A stretch of DNA of 50,489 nt from an uncultured Pseudoalteromonas sp. (GTDB lineage: Bacteria > Pseudomonadota > Gammaproteobacteria > Enterobacterales > Alteromonadaceae), in contig CAZMDX010000681.1 in NCBI GenBank assembly GCA_964564805.1, positions 1-50,489 on the forward strand, written 5' to 3'. The translations under genes and the position numbers were made by a program. Shown here one piece after another: positions 10,321 through 19,084 of the stretch (its first letter is position 1; each line of letters opens with the position of its first letter). The notes beneath the pieces are model-generated. The model was not told the DNA's origin and made no database searches. It worked only from the letters and a program-made list of their open reading frames with translations.

Positions 10321-11067
10321 ATGGCGCAGTGGTTAGATACAACAGTGGTGAATAGAACCGATTGGAATGACCATTTATTCAGTTTACGATTTTTTTGTCA
10401 TGAGTTTCCTCAGTTTAAGGCTGGACAATTTACCAAGATAGGTGTTGAACACGATGGTAAAATAATATCTCGCCCTTATTCACTTGTCAGTGGGCCTGAC
10501 GAAGATGCGTTAGAGATTATTGCCGTACCCGTTGAAGATGGTTCTCTATCTCCTAAGTTACATAAGCTACAAATCGGCGATCCTTTAAAAATAATGTCAC
10601 CAGCAACGGGATTTCTTATTCTTGACGAAGTGCCAAAAAGTCGTGACTTATGGTTAATGGCAACAGGGACAGGAGTGGGACCTTTTTTGTCTATTTTAGC
10701 TACAAAACAGGTTTGGCAGGATTATGAGAATATAGTTTTGGTCTACGGTGCTCGTCATGATGATGATCTAGCTTATAAAAATTTGATTGCTACCTGGTCT
10801 AAGCAATACCCAGATAAGTTTCATTTTGTACCAATCGTAAGCCGTGAAAGTATGGCCGATAGATTACATGGGCGTATTCCGTTATTACTTAAAACATCAC
10901 TCATTCAGCAACAGGTAGGTCTGGATATTCATGCCGACCATAGCCAAGTGATGTTGTGTGGTAATCCAGCTATGATTGAAGAGGCGACTCAAACGCTTAT
11001 TGAGTTGGGTTTATCTAAACATCTTAGGCGTTCGCCTGGGCAAATATCTTTGGAACGGTATTGGTAG
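10321..11067 (+). CDS. fpr: Ferredoxin(flavodoxin)-NADP+ reductase
   Basis: F.AGQFTK, RPYS, ATGTGVGPF, VSRE, MLCGNPAM and C-terminal ERYW. GGAG precedes the ATG at 10321. Confidence 0.93.
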   Translation: MAQWLDTTVVNRTDWNDHLFSLRFFCHEFPQFKAGQFTKIGVEHDGKIISRPYSLVSGPDEDALEIIAVPVEDGSLSPKLHKLQIGDPLKIMSPATGFLILDEVPKSRDLWLMATGTGVGPFLSILATKQVWQDYENIVLVYGARHDDDLAYKNLIATWSKQYPDKFHFVPIVSRESMADRLHGRIPLLLKTSLIQQQVGLDIHADHSQVMLCGNPAMIEEATQTLIELGLSKHLRRSPGQISLERYW

Positions 11068-11108
11068 ACTGAAGGTCGCTGCGAGTATTAGTTGCGAAAA
11101 AAGCAAAG

Positions 11109-11127
11109 TTGATTTTTGAAAAATCAA
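11109..11127. promoter_or_regulatory. Perfect 9-1-9 palindrome
   Basis: TTGATTTTT-G-AAAAATCAA between fpr and yqiJ. Confidence 0.35.
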
Positions 11128-11255
11128 TACTACCTCCCTGAGGATTTCATTCATAAAGGATAAGTTTTTGTAGCCCAGATTCAAACGATTTGCGGAACCT
11201 GTCCTTATAAAACAAGTAATTAAAGCGCTACACCTTGCCTAATTATAAAGGCCAT

Positions 11256-11385
11256 GCTGATGTTTACATTCTTGAATAGGGGGTTGTATCTAAGCTATTT
11301 TTTAGAGGGGTTTGGTTCATTTTCTTAATATAACTTGCGAGTAATGTTACGCCCTAATTCTATTCTGTATGTTATAAACATCAGC
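11256..11385. repeat. Long imperfect inverted repeat upstream of yqiJ
   Basis: Outer arms GCTGATGTTTA / TAAACATCAGC, with nested GAATAG/CTATTC and further weaker pairings. Confidence 0.45.
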
Positions 11386-11467
11386 TTACATACCTTAAGA
11401 CTGAGCAGGTTGAATAGATAATCTGCATCGTTTATGCTAAATATATTAAAGCTTGTAAGGACACAGT

Positions 11468-12088
11468 ATGGTACTCGAATTTTTGACTCACGAAGCTAAT
11501 GCCCCATATTTTTTTGCTCTTTCTTTTTTGGTAATCCTGTTTGTCTTTGAAGTGTTGGGATTGCTAATTGGTATGAGTCTTAGTCATGCCTTCGACAGCT
11601 TAATTGATTTTGATGTAGATACTGATATAGGTGGCCATTTAAGCCTTTTAGGTTTGGGTAAAGTACCGTTGATTATCTGGTTAACATTCTTTTTTGGTTT
11701 ATTTTCCATACTTGGATATGCCGCCAACGCAATATCTAATTCTATAATAGGGTTTATACCAATTTGGTTAAGTATAGCACCTGTGGCTATAGTGTCTTTT
11801 ATGATAAATGGGGCGTTGTGCAAGGTATTTGCTAAAGCCTTTCCTCGATATGAAACGACAGCTGTCAGCACCGACACTCTTTCTGGAAGGGTTGCCAAGG
11901 TAACAATTGGTAATGCAACGTTCACAAAATTTGCTATGGGTGTGGTACTTGATGAGCACCACACTTCTCATAATGTTCGAGTACAAGCGATGGACGATGG
12001 GATTGTTCTCAATAAAAGTGACCAAGTTATCTTGGTTGAAAAAATAAAAGGTAGCGCAATTTGGCTCGCTATTCCTTATGAAAACTAA
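11468..12088 (+). CDS. yqiJ: YqiJ-family (DUF1449, NfeD-like) inner membrane protein
   Basis: N.PYF.AL...EVLGLLIG, LGLGKVPLIIWL, P.YETTAVS.D.L.GRVA.VTIGNA and V.DEH..SH OB-fold-like tail. It directly precedes a flotillin gene. Confidence 0.85.
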   Translation: MVLEFLTHEANAPYFFALSFLVILFVFEVLGLLIGMSLSHAFDSLIDFDVDTDIGGHLSLLGLGKVPLIIWLTFFFGLFSILGYAANAISNSIIGFIPIWLSIAPVAIVSFMINGALCKVFAKAFPRYETTAVSTDTLSGRVAKVTIGNATFTKFAMGVVLDEHHTSHNVRVQAMDDGIVLNKSDQVILVEKIKGSAIWLAIPYEN

Positions 12089-12163
12089 GTAGAATTTTGC
12101 ATACATTTTATTGCAAGGGTTCAAAACTTAACACATTCAAACAACCACTACGGGGTATTATAA

Positions 12164-13903
12164 ATGGAATTAAGTAACATTATTGGTTACGCAATAGCCG
12201 CAGGTATCTTATTACTTGTACTTTTCATCGTCGGGTTTTCATTATCGAGGATGTACAAAAAGTCGACCAAGGACTCGGCGTTAGTGAAAACTGGATTGGG
12301 TGGAGAGAGAGTCATCACAACAGGTGGTGTAATGTTGATACCTGGCTTTCAAGAGCTAATGAGAGTCAACATGCGTACTTTGCGTATTCGTGTTGAAAAA
12401 AGAGAAGGCGAAGCACTAATCACTGAAGATTGTATGCGTGTTGATGTCGGCGCTGATTTTTATGTACGTGTAGCTAGCGATACTGATTCCATTGCTAAAG
12501 CTGCCCAAGCGCTTGGGGATCGCTTAGATGATCCTGATAAAGTTAAAGAGCTAATGGAATCTAAATTTGTTGGCGCGCTTCGCTCAGCCGCTGCTTCAAT
12601 GTCAATGGATGAATTGCATAAAAATCGACCTGATTTTATCCTTGCCGTGCAAAACGCCATTGCTGACGAGTTGGCACAAAACGGTCTTGAACTTGAGTCA
12701 GTTTCACTCACTAGTTTTGATCAGACTAAACTTGAGTATTTCGATGAAAATAACGCATTTGATGCTCAGGGCCGGGCAAAACTTGCAGAAACCATTGAAG
12801 GCCGTAAACAGCGAACTAATGAAGTTGAGCAAGAGAACCGCATTGCTATTGAACAACGTAATCTTGAAGCTGAAAAAGACTCACTCGCCATTGAACAGCA
12901 AAAACGTGAAGCTGAAATAGCTCAAGAGCAGGAAATACAGGTCAAAGAAGCTGAGCAGAAAGCTTTAATAGCTGCTAAGCGTGAAGAACAAGAGCAGAAA
13001 GAGCGTGAAGCTGAAATTGGAAAGAATCGCGCTATCGAAGCCGCTGAAATTGAGAAAAGTCGTACTATTGAAGCGGCAGAAATCGAGAAGAAATTAGCGA
13101 TTGATAAAATGAAAATCAATCAACAGCGTGACCTTGAAGTTGCTGAGCAGGAACGTCAAATTATTATCGCTGAAAAGTCAGAAGCTGAATCTGCTGCGCG
13201 TGCTAAGGCTGCAGAAGCAGAACAAGACAGAGTGGTCAAAGAAGAAGGCGTAATTACCGCCGGTGAAGTTGCTAAAGCCGAGCGTCAGAAACAAATTGAA
13301 GTGATTGACGCACGTAAAGTGGCTGAGCGTGAAGCCGTAGGTATTACGGTTGCTGCTGAAGCCACTAAAAAAGCGGCTCAAGATGATGCTGATGCCAAGT
13401 TGATTGTTGCTAGAGCTGATGCGGATGCAATTATAATGAAGGCTGAAGCAGATGAGAGACAATATGCTGTTGATGCTGAAGGTCGTCGTATGCTTAATGA
13501 AGCAGATAACGCTTTGAGTGAAGAACAAGTTGAACTTCGTCGAATACTCGCGACACTTGAAACATTACCTAGAGTGGTTGCACAAGCTGTTGAGCCTCTT
13601 AAAAACATTGAAGGTATCAAAATACTTCAAGGTTATGGCGGAGTGCCCTGTGGCACATCAAATGGAGCGGGCAGTTCGACGTCAGGCAGTGATCCTATGT
13701 CGCAGCTGACAAATGCTGCATTAGGCTATAAAGCTCAAGCCCCTGTTGTTAGTGCTTTACTAAATGAGTTAGGTCTCGGCGGATCCATTGAGGAGCTTGT
13801 TTCTGGCGAGACCTTAGCCACCCTTGTAGCAGGTAAAACCGCAGGTGAATCAACGGATGCCTCCGACTTAGTTGATAATGGAGTAACTAAACAGGACAGC
13901 TGA
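12164..13903 (+). CDS. yqiK: Flotillin-family SPFH protein (YqiK-like)
   Basis: N-terminal TM helix, ALVKTGLGG, LIT.DCMRVDV.ADFYVRV, NGLELESVSLT.FDQT, NNAFDAQG, a long EA-rich coiled coil and PL.NIEGIKILQ. Confidence 0.92.
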   Translation: MELSNIIGYAIAAGILLLVLFIVGFSLSRMYKKSTKDSALVKTGLGGERVITTGGVMLIPGFQELMRVNMRTLRIRVEKREGEALITEDCMRVDVGADFYVRVASDTDSIAKAAQALGDRLDDPDKVKELMESKFVGALRSAAASMSMDELHKNRPDFILAVQNAIADELAQNGLELESVSLTSFDQTKLEYFDENNAFDAQGRAKLAETIEGRKQRTNEVEQENRIAIEQRNLEAEKDSLAIEQQKREAEIAQEQEIQVKEAEQKALIAAKREEQEQKEREAEIGKNRAIEAAEIEKSRTIEAAEIEKKLAIDKMKINQQRDLEVAEQERQIIIAEKSEAESAARAKAAEAEQDRVVKEEGVITAGEVAKAERQKQIEVIDARKVAEREAVGITVAAEATKKAAQDDADAKLIVARADADAIIMKAEADERQYAVDAEGRRMLNEADNALSEEQVELRRILATLETLPRVVAQAVEPLKNIEGIKILQGYGGVPCGTSNGAGSSTSGSDPMSQLTNAALGYKAQAPVVSALLNELGLGGSIEELVSGETLATLVAGKTAGESTDASDLVDNGVTKQDS

Positions 13904-13987
13904 TCTCACCGATATAGGTGTTAATTTGGGTCACGCTAAATCGATGATTTTTTGAACCACCATAACAGACTTAATTCACCATATAGT

Positions 13988-14027
13988 CACGCATACAAAA
14001 CCAAGTAAGTCACCTCTTGTATGCGTG
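13988..14027 (+). terminator. 11-bp inverted repeat downstream of yqiK, possible terminator
   Basis: CACGCATACAA-N18-TTGTATGCGTG followed by TTACCTTTT. The loop is long for an intrinsic terminator. Confidence 0.4.
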
Positions 14028-14453
14028 TTACCTTTTAAATAAGGCACAGGTTAACGACGTATTGCAGTTGTATACAAGCAAAATTGCTGCGCTATTCATA
14101 ATCTCACTTGGGTTCAATAAATCAGTCCACTTGTTGCCTAATTAATCAGCAACTATCCACATGCTTAATAACTTTCATAAGTGGTATCAACTGGGACATT
14201 AAGAGTGAATTTTTATTTTGGGTTTTATATAAAAAGCCATACAGTAAGCGAATTTATAAACTGCGTTCGGTGATAACTTGGTTTAGAGATATCAATAAAT
14301 CGGGCTTAACTGATGGTCTATATTTTTAGATTTTAAATAATTGTGTGATTATGTTCGAAACTTACACTCAATTTTAATTTTGAGATATTTACTTTAGTTG
14401 TATCGATAATAAATATTGATTGAGCATTAACGCATCAAATTATAGGACAAAAT

Positions 14454-14894
14454 ATGTATTTTGAAGATTACCAACCTGGCCAAATATCTCAGTTTGGTGC
14501 TTATAAGGTAACTGAAATCGAGATAAAAGAATTTGCCGGTAAATATGACCCCCAGTTTTTTCATTTAGATGATGAGGCAGCAAAACAGTCATTGTTTGGA
14601 GGATTATGTGCAAGTGGTTGGCATACTGCCTCAATGTTTATGCGCATGCTGATTGATAATTTACCAGAAGATCATGGCTCGCTTGGTTCACCTGGTATTA
14701 ATAATCTCAAGTGGTTAAAACCTGTATACCCAGGATATATTCTTAGTGTAAAAAGTTGTGTAAGTCATTGTCGATTATCTAACAGTAAACCTGGCGTGGG
14801 TCTAATATGTGTGAATTACGAGGTTGTTAATCAACATGATATGCCAGTGATGACATTAGAATCTAATGCTTTTTTCAGGTGTAAAAATAACTAA
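14454..14894 (+). CDS. MaoC-family (hotdog fold) dehydratase
   Basis: YFED..PG, FA.KYDPQFFHLD.EAAK.SLFGGLCASGWHT and LKWLKPVYPG. AGGA RBS present. Confidence 0.9.
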   Translation: MYFEDYQPGQISQFGAYKVTEIEIKEFAGKYDPQFFHLDDEAAKQSLFGGLCASGWHTASMFMRMLIDNLPEDHGSLGSPGINNLKWLKPVYPGYILSVKSCVSHCRLSNSKPGVGLICVNYEVVNQHDMPVMTLESNAFFRCKNN

Positions 14895-15212
14895 GCGTTG
14901 AAGTATGTATGCTTAATATTATGTGAGTTATTTGCCGGCAACATTATGCTTAATCTTAATGATGTCATCGACTGCGATTTTAATGAGGTTTAGCGAGTTG
15001 TCTAAGGCCTGCAACTTGCTCACATTTGTTTTGTGGCTGCGTACATTAATGGCAATAATTTGCACCTAATTGTCGGTAAACAGAATCAAACTTAGGGCTG
15101 TTTTGGAATTTCTCCGTGTATACACCGCTGCAGTTCTAAAGCACTATAGGGAAGTAAGTGTTTGGTACTAGAACACAGTGGCTGTCGTGGTTTTTTGCCT
15201 AAAGCCTAAAAT

Positions 15213-16601
15213 TTAACCCCCTTGTTTAAACCAATTCAATTTTTTATGTAAACTTACTACTGAGCCTACAATGATCAAAGCTGGTGGTTTTATTTTTGCC
15301 ACCTCCGCTTTTTGCTGAATGTCTTCTAAAGTACCAATCACCACTTTTTGTTGTGCTGTGGTGGCAGACTGCACCATGGCAATAGGTGTAGAAGGGACGA
15401 GTCCATGTTTAATTAACTGTTCACAAATAATGGGTAAGCCAGTTAACCCCATATAAAACACTATGGTTTGATCTGGTTGAGCTAACCCTTGCCAGTTTAA
15501 GTTGATGCTATTATCTCGTAAGTGACCTGTGGCAAAAACTACAGATTTGGCGTGATCTCTATGAGTTAATGGTATACCAGCATAACTGGCGGCTCCACTT
15601 GCTGCGGTAATCCCCGGAACGACCTGAAAACTGATCCCATGTTCGATTAGGGTTTCAAGCTCTTCACCACCTCTACCAAAAATGAAAGGATCCCCACCTT
15701 TTAGCCTTACCACTCTGTTGCCTGCTAAAGCTTGTTTGGCTAATAATTCGTTAATTTCGTCTTGTGGCAAAGTGTGGTTGCTTTTAGCTTTACCTACATA
15801 GATCTTTTCAGCATCACGTCTTACTAACTCGAGTATTTGAGGAGAAACCAAACGGTCGTAGACCACAACATCAGCTTTCTGCATCAAACGTAACGCTCTA
15901 AATGTTAATAAATCTGGATCACCGGGTCCTGCGCCTACTAAGTATACTTCGCCTACTGTTTTACTAGCATCTGGTGCATTTAATTTTTCTAAAAACTTCT
16001 GTTCAGCGACCTGCTCGTTGCCTTGTAAAACATTTTCGGCTATGTCGCCATCTAATACATCCTCCCAAAAATAACGCCTTTCAGTAACCGATTGAAAACG
16101 TTTCTTTACTGACGCCCTAAACTTTTCTGAAAATAAGCCTAATAAGCTCACTTTTTGTGGGATAACCGATTCAAGTTTTTGTCTTAAATACCTGAGTAAT
16201 ACTGGCGCTACGCCACCGCTACTCATAGCAATAATAATCGGTGATCGGTCAACGATGGATGGAGTAATAAACTGGCAAAGTGGGGTGTTATCCACCACGT
16301 TGACTAAAATCTTTTGTTTCCGAGCTTGATCGTGAATTTGTTCGTTCAATTCGCTATTGTCTGTGGCTACAAAGACTATTTGTTTGTCGTTCATATCTGA
16401 AACAATATAAGGTCTAACGATGAGCTGAATTTTTTCTTCTTTAGCAAACCGTTGCACTGTATCGCATACCCAAGGTGCTACGACGGTAATATGTGCAGAC
16501 GTTTTTAACAGTAATTCAACTTTACGAGCGGCTACCTCTCCGGCACCTACCACTAAACAGGTTAAATCTGTGGTATCTAAAAATATTGGGAAATATTTCA
16601 T
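15213..16601 (-). CDS. cysG: Siroheme synthase
   Basis: VVGAGEVAARK, VNVVD, SSGG.APVL, VYLVGAGPGDPDLLT, RLKGGDPFIFGRGGEE and YAGIPLTHRD. Confidence 0.96.
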   Translation of the reverse strand: MKYFPIFLDTTDLTCLVVGAGEVAARKVELLLKTSAHITVVAPWVCDTVQRFAKEEKIQLIVRPYIVSDMNDKQIVFVATDNSELNEQIHDQARKQKILVNVVDNTPLCQFITPSIVDRSPIIIAMSSGGVAPVLLRYLRQKLESVIPQKVSLLGLFSEKFRASVKKRFQSVTERRYFWEDVLDGDIAENVLQGNEQVAEQKFLEKLNAPDASKTVGEVYLVGAGPGDPDLLTFRALRLMQKADVVVYDRLVSPQILELVRRDAEKIYVGKAKSNHTLPQDEINELLAKQALAGNRVVRLKGGDPFIFGRGGEELETLIEHGISFQVVPGITAASGAASYAGIPLTHRDHAKSVVFATGHLRDNSINLNWQGLAQPDQTIVFYMGLTGLPIICEQLIKHGLVPSTPIAMVQSATTAQQKVVIGTLEDIQQKAEVAKIKPPALIIVGSVVSLHKKLNWFKQGG

Positions 16602-16722
16602 CTGTCAGCACTTGTTGGAATAAGGAGGCAAGTGTGCCCTTTCAGAACAAAAGTGCAAACCAATTAAAACTAAGCTTATATTCCATTAGGTTATTAAAAA
16701 ATTAGAATCTAGTATTTTTTGT

Positions 16723-16749
16723 AAAAAAAAGGAGCCGCAAAGCCCCTTT
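16723..16749 (-). terminator. Rho-independent terminator of deaD
   Basis: Minus strand AAGGGGC-TTTGCG-GCTCCTT followed by a T run. Confidence 0.8.
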
Positions 16750-16772
16750 ATTTATAATCGTAAGTTAACTAC

Positions 16773-18530
16773 TTAATCACGATTTGCTGGATTGCCACGC
16801 TTCTTGGGTGGCTGTTCTGACCATTCACGTAGTCCAAGGCTTCGACCTGCAACACGCGTCTTTTGTAACGTGTCTTGTGTCGCCTGAGGCATGTCTTTAG
16901 GTAAGTCTACTGTGCTGAAATTATCATAAATTTCAATAGAACCAATATTTTTACTGCTAATATCTGCTTCGTTGGCGATAGCACCTACAATGTTACCAGG
17001 CTTTGCACCATGGGTGTGACCCACTTCAATACGATAACGCTGCATACCTTCACTAGGCGGACCAGATTTACGCTCGCGCTTAACACGCTCACCGCCACCA
17101 CGTTCGCCACCACGTTCAGGACGTGCCCCGCGGTCTCTTGGTGCACGATCATTTCTGTCGTTGCGGTCATTCCTTGGAGGATTAGCATTTAAGTCTGGAC
17201 GGTCACTATCTTTGAGGATAAGTGGTTCGTCACCTTGAGCTATCTTTGCTAATGCAGCCATAATAACTTCAGGAGCGGCTTCGGTTTCTGCTTGAATGGA
17301 CTCAACAATTGGGATCAAAGTCTCAATTGAAGCATCACCTATCGCTTCAATCACACTGCTTTTAAAACGAGACAAACGCGTTTCGTTTAATTGTGAGATA
17401 GACGGGATGGTCATGGGGGCAATTGTCTGTCTAGTGGCGCGCTCAATAGAAAATAACATACGTTTTTCACGATGCGAAATAAACAGTATTGCATCGCCTT
17501 CACGGCCTGCGCGTCCTGTACGACCGATACGGTGAACATACGATTCTGTATCGTAAGGCACGTCAAAGTTAATTACGTGACTAACACGTTCAACATCAAG
17601 TCCTCGAGCGACTACGTCGGTAGCAACTAAAATATCGATTTTGCCTTTCTTCAAACGGTCAACAGTACGTTCACGTGAATTTTGTGGAATGTCACCATTG
17701 AGTGGTTCAACCGCATAACCGCGTGCAGAAAGCTTTTCAGCCAGCTCCATAGTAGCGGTTTTGGTTCTCACGAAAATGATCACCCCATCAAAGCTTTCTA
17801 CTTCCAGTATACGGGTCAGTGCTTCTAACTTGTGGTGTCCAGCAACTTGGCAATATCGTTGTCGGATAGTGCTAGCAGTAGCTACTTTAGATTCAATTTT
17901 GACTGATTTAGGGTCATTTAAATAACGTTTAGTTATTTTACGGATAGGATCCGGCATCGTCGCAGAAAATAACGCCGTTTGACGCTCTGCTGGAGCATGA
18001 CCTAAGATCCATTCTACGTCATCGATGAAACCCATACGTAACATTTCATCAGCTTCATCAAGTACTAAAAACTTTAATTTATCAAGTTTAAGAGTACCCT
18101 TCTTAATATGGTCTATTACTCGCCCCGGTGTACCCACAACAACTTGGGTGCCACGCTTTAGTTGACGAATTTGGTTATCATAAGATGAACCACCATAAAT
18201 AGGTAAAACGTTAATCTTTTTAGAAAAACTGGCATAAACCTGAAAGGCTTCAGCAACCTGTATCGCTAATTCTCTAGTAGGTGTTAACACTAACAACTGG
18301 GTGTTTTTATCGTCAGGGTCAATGTTGGCTAACATAGGGAGTGCAAAAGCAGCCGTTTTACCGGTACCTGTTTGCGCTGTACCTAGTACATCGTGTCCTG
18401 CAATGATAAGTGGAATACATTCTGCTTGAATAGGTGTAGGTTTTTCATAGCCGACTTTGTCTAGTGCTTGCAGCAGTTCTTCGGGTAAGTTTAAATCTCT
18501 AAATGTAATTTCAGATGTGGTGGTGGTCAT
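16773..18530 (-). CDS. deaD: DEAD-box RNA helicase DeaD/CsdA
   Basis: Q motif, AQTGTGKT, PTRELA, DEAD, SAT, ARGLD, HRIGRTGR and a DbpA-type RNA-binding domain (YRIEVG..HG.KPGNIVGAIANE). The ATG at 18530 is the preferred start. Confidence 0.92.
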   Translation of the reverse strand: MTTTTSEITFRDLNLPEELLQALDKVGYEKPTPIQAECIPLIIAGHDVLGTAQTGTGKTAAFALPMLANIDPDDKNTQLLVLTPTRELAIQVAEAFQVYASFSKKINVLPIYGGSSYDNQIRQLKRGTQVVVGTPGRVIDHIKKGTLKLDKLKFLVLDEADEMLRMGFIDDVEWILGHAPAERQTALFSATMPDPIRKITKRYLNDPKSVKIESKVATASTIRQRYCQVAGHHKLEALTRILEVESFDGVIIFVRTKTATMELAEKLSARGYAVEPLNGDIPQNSRERTVDRLKKGKIDILVATDVVARGLDVERVSHVINFDVPYDTESYVHRIGRTGRAGREGDAILFISHREKRMLFSIERATRQTIAPMTIPSISQLNETRLSRFKSSVIEAIGDASIETLIPIVESIQAETEAAPEVIMAALAKIAQGDEPLILKDSDRPDLNANPPRNDRNDRNDRAPRDRGARPERGGERGGGERVKRERKSGPPSEGMQRYRIEVGHTHGAKPGNIVGAIANEADISSKNIGSIEIYDNFSTVDLPKDMPQATQDTLQKTRVAGRSLGLREWSEQPPKKRGNPANRD

Positions 18531-19084
18531 CAAGTTTCCCAGGGTACAGGCAGGCACTGCTTTATGAATCGGTAATACAATTTCGAAAATCGGTAAAACA
18601 ATTATTTAAGGCGAAGCCGGCACGGTTTCAAAGGTCAAATTATATTCGATATTCACCATTTACTCCATGCAATGCTCTGTTTAATTGCAATATATTTAAA
18701 ATATGTGATGTTGTGATGCAAAAGTTTGTAGTTTATTGTCAATGTTGTTGCAGATTTGTATGTTAAACGTGTGAAGTGGTTAACATCCTGGGGTGGATTT
18801 TCTTATACTTCAGATTTTTATTAGAAAGCAGTTTATGGTTAAGGCATAAAAGCACTGAACATCATGCCCAAATATTCAGATCTTTTAGAAAAATGAATGT
18901 TTTTGCTGTATTTCGGGTTGAAACATCTTAAGTTATGTTTTAATGAGTCCTATTATTTAACTTTTTTAATGCATAATTGTTGAGGATGCGCGACCTATAT
19001 CAATGAAACTCAGAGTGTTGGTCGCACATCACAAAAACACATATCATTATATCTTCATTAGTATGTATACAAGGAAAAATCATC

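Noticed and set aside
11109-11127. FNR box
   Set aside because: The half-site spacing is 9 bp, not the required 4 bp.
14108-14329. 73-aa plus-strand ORF
   Set aside because: TTG start without an evident RBS, no motif, and an AT-rich spacer context.
18597-18635. Possible sigma-54 promoter (CGGCACG) for prsT
   Set aside because: No TTGC -12 element at the required spacing.
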